64,000 nucleotides of DNA, from the NCBI GenBank assembly GCA_051418015.1, contig JBPRGF010000003.1, positions 32,001 to 96,000 on the forward strand, read 5' to 3'. The notes under the pieces are model-generated. The model was not told where the DNA came from. It did no database searches and was given only the letters and a program-made list of their open reading frames with translations. The stretch is from Candidatus Nitrospinota bacterium M3_3B_026 (GTDB lineage Bacteria; Nitrospinota_A; UBA7883; JBPRGF01). Positions within the stretch are counted from its first letter, which is position 1; the number at the start of each line of letters is the position of its first letter. Shown piece after piece: positions 1 to 8,967 of the stretch. The position numbers and the translations under genes are program-made.

Positions 1-259
1 GGCCGCCGCATTGCTCGACGTGGCGGCGGACGAGGGCCGGACGATACTGGCCGCACGCGGCCTGACGGGGCACGGCTTCGGCGAGGCTGGAAAATGGAGA
101 GTCTTCGAGCTGCCTTTCAGGGTCGAGGGCGCCCCCAGGGAAAAGGTGGAGTTCCGTGTAAAATACCTTGGAGGGCCGGGCGTATGGCTGGACATGATAC
201 GGGTGGAGCCTTCCCCGGAGTCGTTCCTCGCCAACCTCTCGGAAAAGCCTGTCTTTTAG
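1..259 (+). CDS. C-terminal fragment of a hypothetical protein (gene starts before the window)
   Basis: Open frame from the window edge to TAG at 259; beta-rich end (VEFRVKYLG..VWLDMIRV). Confidence 0.5.
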   Translation, partial: AAALLDVAADEGRTILAARGLTGHGFGEAGKWRVFELPFRVEGAPREKVEFRVKYLGGPGVWLDMIRVEPSPESFLANLSEKPVF

Positions 260-341
260 CCCGCCCTGATTAAAGTCATAGCGGCGCCGGGGGACTTTTC
301 TTTAGAATAAAAGCGTTGAACAGAACACAAAAGGAGGCGCC

Positions 342-548
342 ATGCCCGTGATAACGAAAGAGATGACAATAAACGACGTGGTACAGAAGCATCCCGGGAC
401 CATGAAGGTCTTCAATCAATACAACCTCGACTCGTGTTGCGGCGGAGCCCAGAGCATAGGCGAGGCAGCGGCCGCGGCCGGCGCGGACCTGGAAAAAGTG
501 CTGGAGGACCTCAACGCCGCGGCGGGCGAGGAGAAGCAGAATGCCTGA
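342..548 (+). CDS. DUF542/ScdA-N-like small protein (N-terminal domain of Fe-S repair di-iron proteins)
   Basis: TINDVVQKHP..VF..YNLDSCCGG motif; AGGAGG RBS. Confidence 0.8.
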   Translation: MPVITKEMTINDVVQKHPGTMKVFNQYNLDSCCGGAQSIGEAAAAAGADLEKVLEDLNAAAGEEKQNA

Positions 549-1179
549 GACCGGTTGGAAGCAGGGTTTTTTCGAGCGAGTGGAGCCCATCGCCATGCGC
601 GACCCGCTGGCCAGCGTCCTCGGCGCCACGGAGGAGGACGAGCCCATATACTATGAATACACCGACTGCGTGAAGCTGGCCGGTCACGCCTGCGCCTCCG
701 TCTCCTCGGCGTTCCAGATGACAAAGCTCGCCCTGAAAGCGCTTTACGGGGGCGAGCTTCCCGTCCGTGGGGAGATCGAGGTCCGCTTCGCCGGGGCGCG
801 GGATCAGGGCGCCAACGGGCCTATCGGGCAGGTGATCCAGTTCATCACCGGCGCGGCGATCGAGACCGGTTTCCACGGCCTCGCCGGGCGCTACTCCCGC
901 GCGGACAAGTTCATCTACGACGAGAGCATGGACAGCGGCGGGGCGATAACCGCCGTTTTCAAAAGGACCGACACGGCCGACGAGGTGACGGCGAGGGCCA
1001 TGCCGGGGGCCATCCCCATGACGCCGGAGGAAATGGAGGGCACCCGGCAGATGCCGAAGGTCATCGAAGGGACGGCAAGCCGCGAGGAGAGTGAGAGTTT
1101 CTTCAAGTACTGGCAGGGCAAGAACAGGAAGATACTGCTGGAGGAGCATCCCGAGGCTTTTCAGGTGGAGCGTTCCTGA
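541..1179 (+). CDS. FmdE family protein
   Basis: CVKLAGHACASV (GHxC) motif; overlaps the upstream stop. Confidence 0.7.
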   Translation: MPETGWKQGFFERVEPIAMRDPLASVLGATEEDEPIYYEYTDCVKLAGHACASVSSAFQMTKLALKALYGGELPVRGEIEVRFAGARDQGANGPIGQVIQFITGAAIETGFHGLAGRYSRADKFIYDESMDSGGAITAVFKRTDTADEVTARAMPGAIPMTPEEMEGTRQMPKVIEGTASREESESFFKYWQGKNRKILLEEHPEAFQVERS

Positions 1180-1324
1180 CAGGGCGCGCCGCCGGGGCTC
1201 TTTACGCCCGCTGTCTCATCCGGGGCGGGACTCTCCACCGGGGCCGGCGCCGCGCATTCAAGATGAGGCGCGGGGATAAAAAAGGGTGATCGCGGACGCC
1301 GTAAGGGGTTAAGATAAACCCTCT

Positions 1325-2098
1325 ATGCCGGACACCAAGAACCACCACAGCGCCAGCCGGGCCGCCGCATCGGTCGTTTTGGCCTTTTGCGCCCTGTCGC
1401 TTTCCTGCGCCTCGAAGGAGCTGGCCCAGCCGGACGCCATCATCGTGGACAGGGCGAACAACCTGTACGCGAGAGAGCGGTTCACCCAGGCCACGGATGC
1501 CTACCGCCAGTCGATCCAGGAGAACCCGGACTCCCCCTACCGCAAGACCGCCATCCTGGCGCTGGCCGATTCTCTCTACAAGGAGAAAAAATATTTCGAG
1601 GCGCTCCTCTATTACGAGAGGTTCGTCGAGCTTTACCCTCTGGACCCCTTGAAGCCCAGGGCCGTCTTCTACATGGGCATGAGCTACTACCACGACTCCC
1701 ACACCCCCGACAGGGACCAGACGCAGACGGAGAAGGCCGTGGAGAGCTTCGACACCTTTTTGAGGGACTACCCGGAGCATCCCCTGGCGCCCTACGCGAA
1801 GAAGTTCAAGAGGGAGATGGGCGATGTGCAGGCCGCTTCCCTGATGGAGATCGGGCGCTTTTACCATAGGATAAACAAAAACCAGTCCGCCATCCTCCGG
1901 CTGACGGAATACCTCGAAAAATACCCCGCCGCCGCGGATGTCCCGGAGGCCCTCTACCTGCTCGCCGACTCCTATTACAGGGAGCAGGCGTACAAAAAGT
2001 CCGCGCTGGCCCTCGCCGATCTTCTGAACCGGTTCCCGGAAAGCGAGTACGCCGCGAAGGCGAAGTCCCTCGCAAGGGCCATGGGGCTCAAGGAATAG
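1325..2098 (+). CDS. bamD: Outer membrane assembly lipoprotein BamD
   Basis: Lipobox LSC, TPR repeats, DRDQTQT and EIGRFY motifs. Confidence 0.85.
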   Translation: MPDTKNHHSASRAAASVVLAFCALSLSCASKELAQPDAIIVDRANNLYARERFTQATDAYRQSIQENPDSPYRKTAILALADSLYKEKKYFEALLYYERFVELYPLDPLKPRAVFYMGMSYYHDSHTPDRDQTQTEKAVESFDTFLRDYPEHPLAPYAKKFKREMGDVQAASLMEIGRFYHRINKNQSAILRLTEYLEKYPAAADVPEALYLLADSYYREQAYKKSALALADLLNRFPESEYAAKAKSLARAMGLKE

Positions 2099-2198
2099 AC
2101 CCCTCCCGCTTCAATCCGCCGGGGCGCGCCCGGCGCCTCTCCCAAACCGGCCTTCTGGTGGTAACATGTTTCGAGGCAGAGACTGGAAGGCGCGCTGG

Positions 2199-3095
2199 AT
2201 GAGAAAAGTCGCGGGAATATCCGAAGACAGGCTGGATGACGCCTTGGTGGAGCTTGTCCGCCGGACCTCCTGCGACCTGCCGGAGGATGTGGCGGCCCGT
2301 CTCGAAAAATACCGCGACGCCGAGGAGCCGGAGAGCAGGGCGCGCAGGACGCTGGACACCATCCTCGAAAACGCCGGGCTCGCCAGACAGAAGTCCCGCC
2401 CCATCTGCCAGGACACGGGAACCGTCACCTTCGACATCCACCATCCCGCCGCCGCGAGGAACGCCATTGAAAAGGCCGTCAAAAACGCCGTCCGCCGCGC
2501 CACGTCTCAAAACTATCTGCGGCCGAACGTGGTGGACACCCTCACCGGCGCGATCCGGCCGGACAACACAGGCTCGGGCCACCCGGCCGTGTACTACGAG
2601 CCGTGTGACGAGGACTCGCTGGACGTCACGCTCGTCCTGAAAGGCGGCGGGTGCGAGAACGTCGGAGCGCAATACTCCCTGCCCGTGCCATCCATCGGCG
2701 CGGGACGGGACATAAACGGGATAAAGAAGACGATCCTTGACTGCGTGACCGCCGCCCTCGGCAGGGGCTGCGCCCCCGGCGTCCTGGGCGTCGGGATCGG
2801 CGGCGACAGGGCGCAAGGCTACATCCTGAGCAAAAAGCAGCTTCATAGAAAACTCGACGACGAAAACCCCGACCCCCGGCTGGCAGAGCTTGAAAGGTGG
2901 ATCGAGGAGAAGGCCAACACACTGGGCATCGGACCGATGGGGTTCGGCGGGCGGACGACGCTGTTCGGCGTGAAGGCGGGGGTGATGGACAGGATACCGG
3001 CGTCGTACTTCGTCTCCGTCACGTACATGTGCTGGGCTTACAGGCGGCGGCGGATGACCGTCCGGGCCGGTGAGGTTTTTTATGACCAGGCTTGA
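2199..3095 (+). CDS. Class I fumarate hydratase alpha subunit (start uncertain, 2166 or 2199)
   Basis: PICQDTG, KGGGCEN and GIGPMGFGG motifs. Confidence 0.9.
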   Translation: MRKVAGISEDRLDDALVELVRRTSCDLPEDVAARLEKYRDAEEPESRARRTLDTILENAGLARQKSRPICQDTGTVTFDIHHPAAARNAIEKAVKNAVRRATSQNYLRPNVVDTLTGAIRPDNTGSGHPAVYYEPCDEDSLDVTLVLKGGGCENVGAQYSLPVPSIGAGRDINGIKKTILDCVTAALGRGCAPGVLGVGIGGDRAQGYILSKKQLHRKLDDENPDPRLAELERWIEEKANTLGIGPMGFGGRTTLFGVKAGVMDRIPASYFVSVTYMCWAYRRRRMTVRAGEVFYDQA

Positions 3096-3666
3096 GCTTC
3101 CGGCGGAGGAGGAGGCCATCCGGGCGCTGCGGGTGGGGGACGAGGTTCTCCTCTCCGGCCGGGTGGTGACGGCGCGGGACAGGGCGCACAAACACATGGT
3201 GGAGGACCGCCCGAACGACATCCGCGATCTGCTGCGCGGGGCGGTGATATATCACTGCGGCCCGGTGATGCGCCAGAAAGAGGACGGGACGTGGGAGGTG
3301 ATCGCCGCGGGGCCGACGACGTCTGCCCGGGAGGAGATATACCAGGACATCGTTATCGCCGAGTACGGCATCCGCGGCGTCATCGGCAAGGGGGGGATGG
3401 GGGAGCGGACGCTGGCGGCTCTCGGAAAACATGGCGCGGTCTATTTCCACGCCGTCGGCGGCGCGGCGCAGGCTCTGGCCCGATGCGTAAAAAGGGTCGA
3501 GGGGGTGCTGAGGCTCGAGGAGTTCGGCGTCCCGGAGGCTTTCTGGATATTCGAGGTGGAGGATTTTCCCGTCGTGGTGACTATGGACTCGCATGGCGGG
3601 TCACTCAGCGATCAGGTGGGCGCCAGGGCGCGGGAGCGGCTGAAAAAGATTTTCGAGGGGATGTGA
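3082..3666 (+). CDS. Class I fumarate hydratase beta subunit
   Basis: TARDRAH, YHCGP, GPTTS.R and IGKGG motifs. Confidence 0.9.
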   Translation: MTRLELPAEEEAIRALRVGDEVLLSGRVVTARDRAHKHMVEDRPNDIRDLLRGAVIYHCGPVMRQKEDGTWEVIAAGPTTSAREEIYQDIVIAEYGIRGVIGKGGMGERTLAALGKHGAVYFHAVGGAAQALARCVKRVEGVLRLEEFGVPEAFWIFEVEDFPVVVTMDSHGGSLSDQVGARARERLKKIFEGM

Positions 3667-3671
3667 TATTG

Positions 3672-3742
3672 ACCGCAGAGGCGCGAAGTAGATGGAAAAG
3701 GAAAAAATGAAAATCTCCGCGTTATCCGTGTCTTTGCTGTGA
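3672..3742. repeat. REP-like hairpin, ACCGCAGAGGCGCG...CTCCGCG type (second copy about 52605-52662)
   Basis: Imperfect inverted repeat accgcagaggcgcgaag...ctccgcgttatccgtgtctttgctgt. Confidence 0.5.
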
Positions 3743-3750
3743 AAAACTCA

Positions 3751-5469
3751 ATGAACAAATCCGAGATAGCGGCGGCGCTCCACGAGCTGGGCGACATCCT
3801 GGAGCTGATGGACGAGAACCCGTTCAAGGTCCGCGCCCATCACAACGCCGCCCGCGCCGTCGAGGCGCTCTCCGAAGACCTGGGCGAGCTTATCGAGTCC
3901 GGGAAATTGACTTCCATAAAGGGCGTGGGGGACAAGATCGCCGAAAAGATAGAGACGCTGGCCAAAACCGGCAAACTGCCGGAACTCGACGAGTATCACA
4001 AAAAGATTCCCGACGGCGTTTTCGACATGATGAAGGTCTCCGGCCTGGGGCCTAAAAAGGTGAAGGCCCTGTGGGACAACCTCGGCATAACCACCCTCGG
4101 CGAGCTGAAATACGCCTGCAACGAAAACCGCCTGATCGAGCTTTCCGGGTTTGGCGCGAAGAGCCAGGAGAACATCCTGAAGGGGATAGAGCATCTCGAA
4201 AAGTTCGCCGGGCGAAGGCTCCTGCCGGAGGCGATGGCCTCGGCGGCGGCGCTGCTCGAGTGGCTGAAAAAGGAAAAATCGGTCATCCGCGCCGAGGTGG
4301 CAGGCTCCGTCCGCCGCGCCAGGGAGACGGTCAAGGACATCGACATCGTATGCTCATCCAAAACGCCTAAGAAGGTGATGGGCCATTTCGTGAAAGCGCC
4401 GGACGTGATGGAAGTGGTCAGCCACGGCGAGACCAAGTCGAGCATCATCCTCGACACCGGGTTTCCCGCCGACCTGCGGGTCGTCTCCGACGAGGAGTAT
4501 CCCTTCGCCCTTCATCACTTCACCGGCAGCCGCGAGCACAACACCATCATGCGGACACTGGCCAAGTCCAAAGGGATGAAGATGAACGAGTACGGCCTGT
4601 TCAAGGGCGAGAAGCTTCTGGCCTGCGCAGACGAGACGGCGATTTTCAAAAAGCTCGGCCTTTCATACATCCCCCCGGAGCTTCGCGAAGGTTTATCGGA
4701 GGTGGAGGACGCCGGGAAGGGGAAGACGCCGGAATTGATCGAGCAGAAGGACCTAAAGGGCCTGTTCCACGTCCACACCGAGTACAGCGACGGGCTGAAC
4801 ACCGTGGAGCAGGTGGCGAGGGCTTGCATGGAGCGGGGCTACTCATACGTGGGGATATCCGACCACAGCCGCTCGGCCGGATACGCCGGGGGGCTTTCGA
4901 TCGACGATCTTAAAAGACAGTCCGACGAGATCGACGAAGTGAACGAAAAACTTTCCGGTTTCAGGATATTCAAGGGGGTAGAATCCGACATCCTCATGGA
5001 CGGCTCGCTCGACTACCCCGAAAAGGTCCTCAAAAAGCTCGACTTCGTCATAGCCTCCGTCCACTCCGGGCTCAACATGGACGAGGAGAAGATGATGAAA
5101 AGGATCATAAAGGCGATCGAAAACCCCTACACCACCATGTTGGGCCACCCCACCTGCAGGCTGCTGCTCGCCCGCGAGGGCTGCCGCGTGGATATGGCGA
5201 AGGTGATAGACGCCTGCGCGGAAAACGGCGTCATCATAGAGCTGAACGCCAACCCCCACAGGCTGGACATAGACTGGCGGCTTCTCCCGAGGGCGAAAGA
5301 AAAGGGCGTCCTGATAGCCATCAACCCCGACGCGCACCGGGAGTCCGGGCTGGATCATGCGGCTTTCGGCGTCCTGGCGGCGCGCAAGGGGGGATGCGCG
5401 AAGAAGGATATACTGAACACCCTTTCGGCCGGCAAGGTGGCGGAAGAGCTTGATAAAAAGAGGAAATGA
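3751..5469 (+). CDS. polX: DNA polymerase X with PHP domain
   Basis: AGSVRR..ETVKDIDI, HFTGS and PHP motifs HVHT..SDG and DAH. Confidence 0.95.
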   Translation: MNKSEIAAALHELGDILELMDENPFKVRAHHNAARAVEALSEDLGELIESGKLTSIKGVGDKIAEKIETLAKTGKLPELDEYHKKIPDGVFDMMKVSGLGPKKVKALWDNLGITTLGELKYACNENRLIELSGFGAKSQENILKGIEHLEKFAGRRLLPEAMASAAALLEWLKKEKSVIRAEVAGSVRRARETVKDIDIVCSSKTPKKVMGHFVKAPDVMEVVSHGETKSSIILDTGFPADLRVVSDEEYPFALHHFTGSREHNTIMRTLAKSKGMKMNEYGLFKGEKLLACADETAIFKKLGLSYIPPELREGLSEVEDAGKGKTPELIEQKDLKGLFHVHTEYSDGLNTVEQVARACMERGYSYVGISDHSRSAGYAGGLSIDDLKRQSDEIDEVNEKLSGFRIFKGVESDILMDGSLDYPEKVLKKLDFVIASVHSGLNMDEEKMMKRIIKAIENPYTTMLGHPTCRLLLAREGCRVDMAKVIDACAENGVIIELNANPHRLDIDWRLLPRAKEKGVLIAINPDAHRESGLDHAAFGVLAARKGGCAKKDILNTLSAGKVAEELDKKRK

Positions 5470-6122
5470 TGGAAAGGGACAAAAAAACCAGAGCACGCAA
5501 AATCGACGTCATTCTTAAAAAAAAGTATCCAGGCGCCAAGACAAGCCTGGATTTCAAGACGCCGCTTGAGCTGCTGGTGGCCACGATCCTCTCCGCCCAG
5601 TGCACGGACGAGCGGGTCAACGAGGTCACGAAAAGCCTGTTCAAAAAATATCGCAAAGCCGCCGACTACGCCGCCGCCCCATTGGAGGAGCTTCAGGAGG
5701 ACATCCGTCCCACCGGCTTTTTCAAGAACAAGGCGAAGGCTTTGCGGGGCTGTTGTGGGGAAATAGCCGAAAAACACAACGGAAAAGTCCCCGCCGCGAT
5801 GGAGGAGCTTGTGAAGCTGCCCGGCGTGGGGCGCAAGACGGCCAACGTCGTGCTGGGGAACGCCTTCGGCATACCGGGTATAGTGGTGGACACCCACGTC
5901 GGGCGGGTGGCCCGGAGGCTGGGGCTGACGGAGCAAAAAGACCCGGAGAAAGTGGAGGCGGACCTGATGACGCTCATCCCGGAGAAGGACTGGACGGGGT
6001 TTTCGAGCCGCCTGATCCTCTTCGGCCGGGGGTTCTGCAAGGCGAAAAAGCCCGATTGCGCCCGCTGCCCGGTCTACGACCTTTGCCCCTGGGAGGAGAA
6101 GGGAGCCGCCATATCGTCCTGA
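5466..6122 (+). CDS. nth: Endonuclease III
   Basis: LSAQCTD, LPGVGRKTA, VDTHV and C-x6-C-x2-C-x5-C motifs. Confidence 0.95.
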   Translation: MMERDKKTRARKIDVILKKKYPGAKTSLDFKTPLELLVATILSAQCTDERVNEVTKSLFKKYRKAADYAAAPLEELQEDIRPTGFFKNKAKALRGCCGEIAEKHNGKVPAAMEELVKLPGVGRKTANVVLGNAFGIPGIVVDTHVGRVARRLGLTEQKDPEKVEADLMTLIPEKDWTGFSSRLILFGRGFCKAKKPDCARCPVYDLCPWEEKGAAISS

Positions 6123-6639
6123 AGGAGCGGTGTCTTCGCCGCAAACTGAAGATCCTTCACCGGCGGCCCCAGGACGACGATACCGGGCGGTCTTTTCAAG
6201 TCCAAAGGGAGGGATGCCGAAGAGGCGTGGCAGGGGGTAGAGGGGAAGCAGGCCACGCCCCTTCGGCCCGGGCACGCCCGGATATCTTCTGGGGGACCTT
6301 TTTTCTATCGGCGTATGCCGTTCTATGGCCGCCCCCACGCCCCTGGCGCTCCCGTTTTTCGCGAAAAAGTATAAGGTTTTCTTAATCCCCTTTAGCTGTC
6401 CTGTCAAGGCCGCCGGACGGTTTTTGCGAGAAAATCATGCGGGGCGGTATACACTCTGACGGGGAAACGTCAGGTTCTGAAAACCAGTACCCCCTACGTG
6501 AAGCGAGGCCTTTCGCTTGCCGGTCCGGGACGGCAGGGGGGGACGGCTCATGCCGGCGCGAACGGCTTTGCCTCTATAGGGGCAGTTGGAAGCGTGTTGG
6601 AGAAACGTCAGAACGCTTTAACAAGCGGCGTCCTTCGTG

Positions 6640-6948
6640 TTACTGCCCGGCGGCGTCTTTCAGGATGGCGTCGGCCACGTCGACAGAAGAGGGGGAGTAG
6701 CTCCCCTGCATGACCTGCGCCTTGATCGCGGCGACCCTGGCGGCGCGGGAGATGTCCGGCTTGGTCTCCGACGCTATGCGGTAGGCCTTGATCGCCGCCC
6801 TGCTGCGCTCGGAGACCTCGGCCGTGGCGGAGCCGGAAGAGCCGCTCCGGGGCGCCTCTTCTTTGGCAGGCGCCCGCCTGCTCTTTTCCGCCTGTTCGGT
6901 TTTCCGTATCTCCTGGGGCTTGCCGCCCGTTATCTTGTCGATGACCAT
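6640..6948 (-). CDS. flgM: Anti-sigma28 factor FlgM
   Basis: C-terminal R.ARVAAIKAQV..GSY....VADAIL; sigma28 promoter upstream. Confidence 0.85.
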   Translation of the reverse strand: MVIDKITGGKPQEIRKTEQAEKSRRAPAKEEAPRSGSSGSATAEVSERSRAAIKAYRIASETKPDISRAARVAAIKAQVMQGSYSPSSVDVADAILKDAAGQ

Positions 6949-6977
6949 TTTTCAGATTTCCTTTCCAGTCATCCATA

Positions 6978-7004
6978 TTATCGGAAATAGCGCGATAAAG
7001 TTTA
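6978..7004 (-). promoter_or_regulatory. Sigma28 promoter of flgM
   Basis: TAAA-N15-TCCGATAA (consensus TAAA-N15-GCCGATAA). Confidence 0.8.
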
Positions 7005-7119
7005 AGGTCTTTTCCGGCGGCGGCGCTAATAATCGGAGATCTCTTGTGATTACAAGCACATAAAAACTCCCCGAGGGTTATAATATTTCGAAGCGCGGAA
7101 AAAAGACGCGGCCCGGTGT

Positions 7120-7146
7120 TCAGAAATCGGTCACATTGTCCGATAA
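7120..7146 (+). promoter_or_regulatory. Divergent sigma28-type promoter
   Basis: TCAG-N15-TCCGATAA; shares TCCGATAATATG with the flgM promoter. Confidence 0.65.
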
Positions 7147-7161
7147 TATGAACGAGAAGCC

Positions 7162-7392
7162 ATGATATTATTCGCATCCGGGGCCGGAAGATACGGCCCG
7201 ACATTGGTTGGCGGTTATTCGTTCAGGAGGATGGCCCAGCCACCGGTGGGGAACTCCAAGCTGATGGCCGCCACCAGCAACCAGTCCCTTGGCGCGCTGG
7301 CCAAGACGCAGACCCAGAAGTTTATCAGCAACGGTCAGCGGATCAGCCAGGGCGCAAAGGGTGTTTCCAACATCATATCGGTGAAGGCCTGA
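7162..7392 (+). CDS. Small hypothetical protein, possibly sigma28-regulated (alternative start 7231)
   Basis: ORF just downstream of the sigma28-like promoter; host-like codons in the 3' half. Confidence 0.5.
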   Translation: MILFASGAGRYGPTLVGGYSFRRMAQPPVGNSKLMAATSNQSLGALAKTQTQKFISNGQRISQGAKGVSNIISVKA

Positions 7393-7439
7393 GGGACTGG
7401 CGTCAACGGCTGTTGTGCAAGACGTCCAGCCGCGGATTC

Positions 7440-8123
7440 TCAGGATACGGCGCCAGCGAGGCGGAGCGTTTCGAAAAGGGCGCGGATTTTCTCCTCCGAC
7501 TTCACACCCGGGGCCGACTCCACGCCGCTAGCCAGATCGATCCCATATATGCCGGGGACTTTGGCCGCCTCGGCGGCGTTGGCGGGGTTTATCCCCCCCG
7601 CGAGGAAGACCGGCCGGGGCGCCTCTTTCACGATCTTCGCGGCCGCGTCCCAGTCGCATCGTAGTCCCGTGCCGCCGAACATACCCTTCGCCGCCGTGTC
7701 CAGGACGAAGCCGTCCACCCCCGCCGCGGCATAGCCCTCCATCAGGCGCAGGATGGCGGCGGGGTCGTCTTCCCCCTCGCCCGCCGGCCGCAGGTGGACA
7801 GACTTGAAGACGCGCGCGCCGGTCTCGGCTTTCATCTCCGCGGCGGTCTGAGGCGTCTCCCGCCCGGTGAGCTGCAGGGCGAAGGGTTTCAGTTTTTCGA
7901 TATCGCGCAACAGGCCGGTGTCGCCCGCCGCCCTGTCGAAAAGCAGCAGAAAAGCCCTGTCGCGGAAACGTTCGAATATCGGCATGGCGGCATCGGCGGA
8001 GAGCGACCTTGGCGACCACTCCACGTCGAGGACAACGCCGAGAAAATCCGCCCCGTGGCGGACGGATGCCTCGCACCCCTCGATGGAGGTCTGCCCGCAG
8101 ATTTTCACTTTCAGCCCGGCCAT
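7440..8123 (-). CDS. trpF: Phosphoribosylanthranilate isomerase
   Basis: KVKICG, GGTG, LAGG and D.ASGVE..PGVK motifs. Confidence 0.9.
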   Translation of the reverse strand: MAGLKVKICGQTSIEGCEASVRHGADFLGVVLDVEWSPRSLSADAAMPIFERFRDRAFLLLFDRAAGDTGLLRDIEKLKPFALQLTGRETPQTAAEMKAETGARVFKSVHLRPAGEGEDDPAAILRLMEGYAAAGVDGFVLDTAAKGMFGGTGLRCDWDAAAKIVKEAPRPVFLAGGINPANAAEAAKVPGIYGIDLASGVESAPGVKSEEKIRALFETLRLAGAVS

Positions 8124-8143
8124 GGCGCGAAGAGGCGTTTCCC

Positions 8144-8225
8144 TTAAAAACGTTCGATCAGGGCCTGAGGCCGGCTCGACAAAGATTCAGCTTTGCGCAT
8201 GATGTCGCCTTTCGCGGGGTTACAG
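8144..8225 (-). pseudogene. Collapsed relic copy of the neighbouring FlgO-like gene
   Basis: 8145-8167 is identical to 8374-8396; further collinear fragments follow. Confidence 0.65.
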
Positions 8226-8370
8226 GGTTGTTGAAAAAACCGCCGATATGACACCGTTTTTCGCACAATGTCACTCTGAACGCCAGCGAAGAGTCTCGCA
8301 TCAAACGAAATAACGAGATTCTTCACCTAAAGGCTCAGAATGACAATTGAGTACGGTTTTTTCAACAACC
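8226..8370. mobile_element. MITE-like element: 17-bp terminal inverted repeats enclosing a REP-like hairpin
   Basis: Perfect IR GGTTGTTGAAAAAACCG at 8226-8242 and 8354-8370; internal GTCACTCTGAA...CTCAGAATGAC at 8269-8345. Confidence 0.7.
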
Positions 8371-8372
8371 GG

Positions 8373-8933
8373 CTAAAAACGTTCGATCAGGGCCTGGGTC
8401 TGTTTCGACCGGTAAATCTCCACGCTGGCCGCGGAGACAAGCTCGCCGCTTTGCGAATGGATAACCTTCACGTTCAGGTCGATGTCGCTTCCCTTCTGCA
8501 GGTCGGAGACCACCCCGGTGACCACCGCGTCCACGGAAAGCTCCTCTCCGATCAGCCGCGCCTGCTCCCGCGTCAGATCGGCGCGGGCGCTGATCTTCAG
8601 CTTCTCCAGCGCCGCGTTCACCTGCCCCTGGGGAGTTACCCGGAAGTCGCCTTTCGCGACGGCCCTTTCGGTGAACTTGCCGGTGAGGTACCTGCCAAGC
8701 TCGGAGACTCTGCCGTCGGGGTTGACGAACTCCAGCGCCGCCGCCCGGCGGAACGGGCGCAACTGGTTTTCCTTCAGCCTGTCGAGGAGCGTGTCGATCT
8801 GTGTGTTGAAATAGGCCGCGTCTGTGACGGGCGCGGGTTTTTCCGCAAGACCCACGGCCACCATGAGGTTCTGGCACCCGGCCGCGAAAAGCGCCGTGAA
8901 AAGCGCCGCGGCGAGAACGATATTTTTGCGCAT
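8373..8933 (-). CDS. FlgO/CsgG-like outer membrane lipoprotein
   Basis: Lipobox FAAGC; SELGRYL..., IG..L.VDAVVTG.V and G.LVSAA motifs. Confidence 0.7.
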   Translation of the reverse strand: MRKNIVLAAALFTALFAAGCQNLMVAVGLAEKPAPVTDAAYFNTQIDTLLDRLKENQLRPFRRAAALEFVNPDGRVSELGRYLTGKFTERAVAKGDFRVTPQGQVNAALEKLKISARADLTREQARLIGEELSVDAVVTGVVSDLQKGSDIDLNVKVIHSQSGELVSAASVEIYRSKQTQALIERF

Positions 8934-8967
8934 CGGGCTTATTTTTACCACATTCCGCCCGCCGCCG

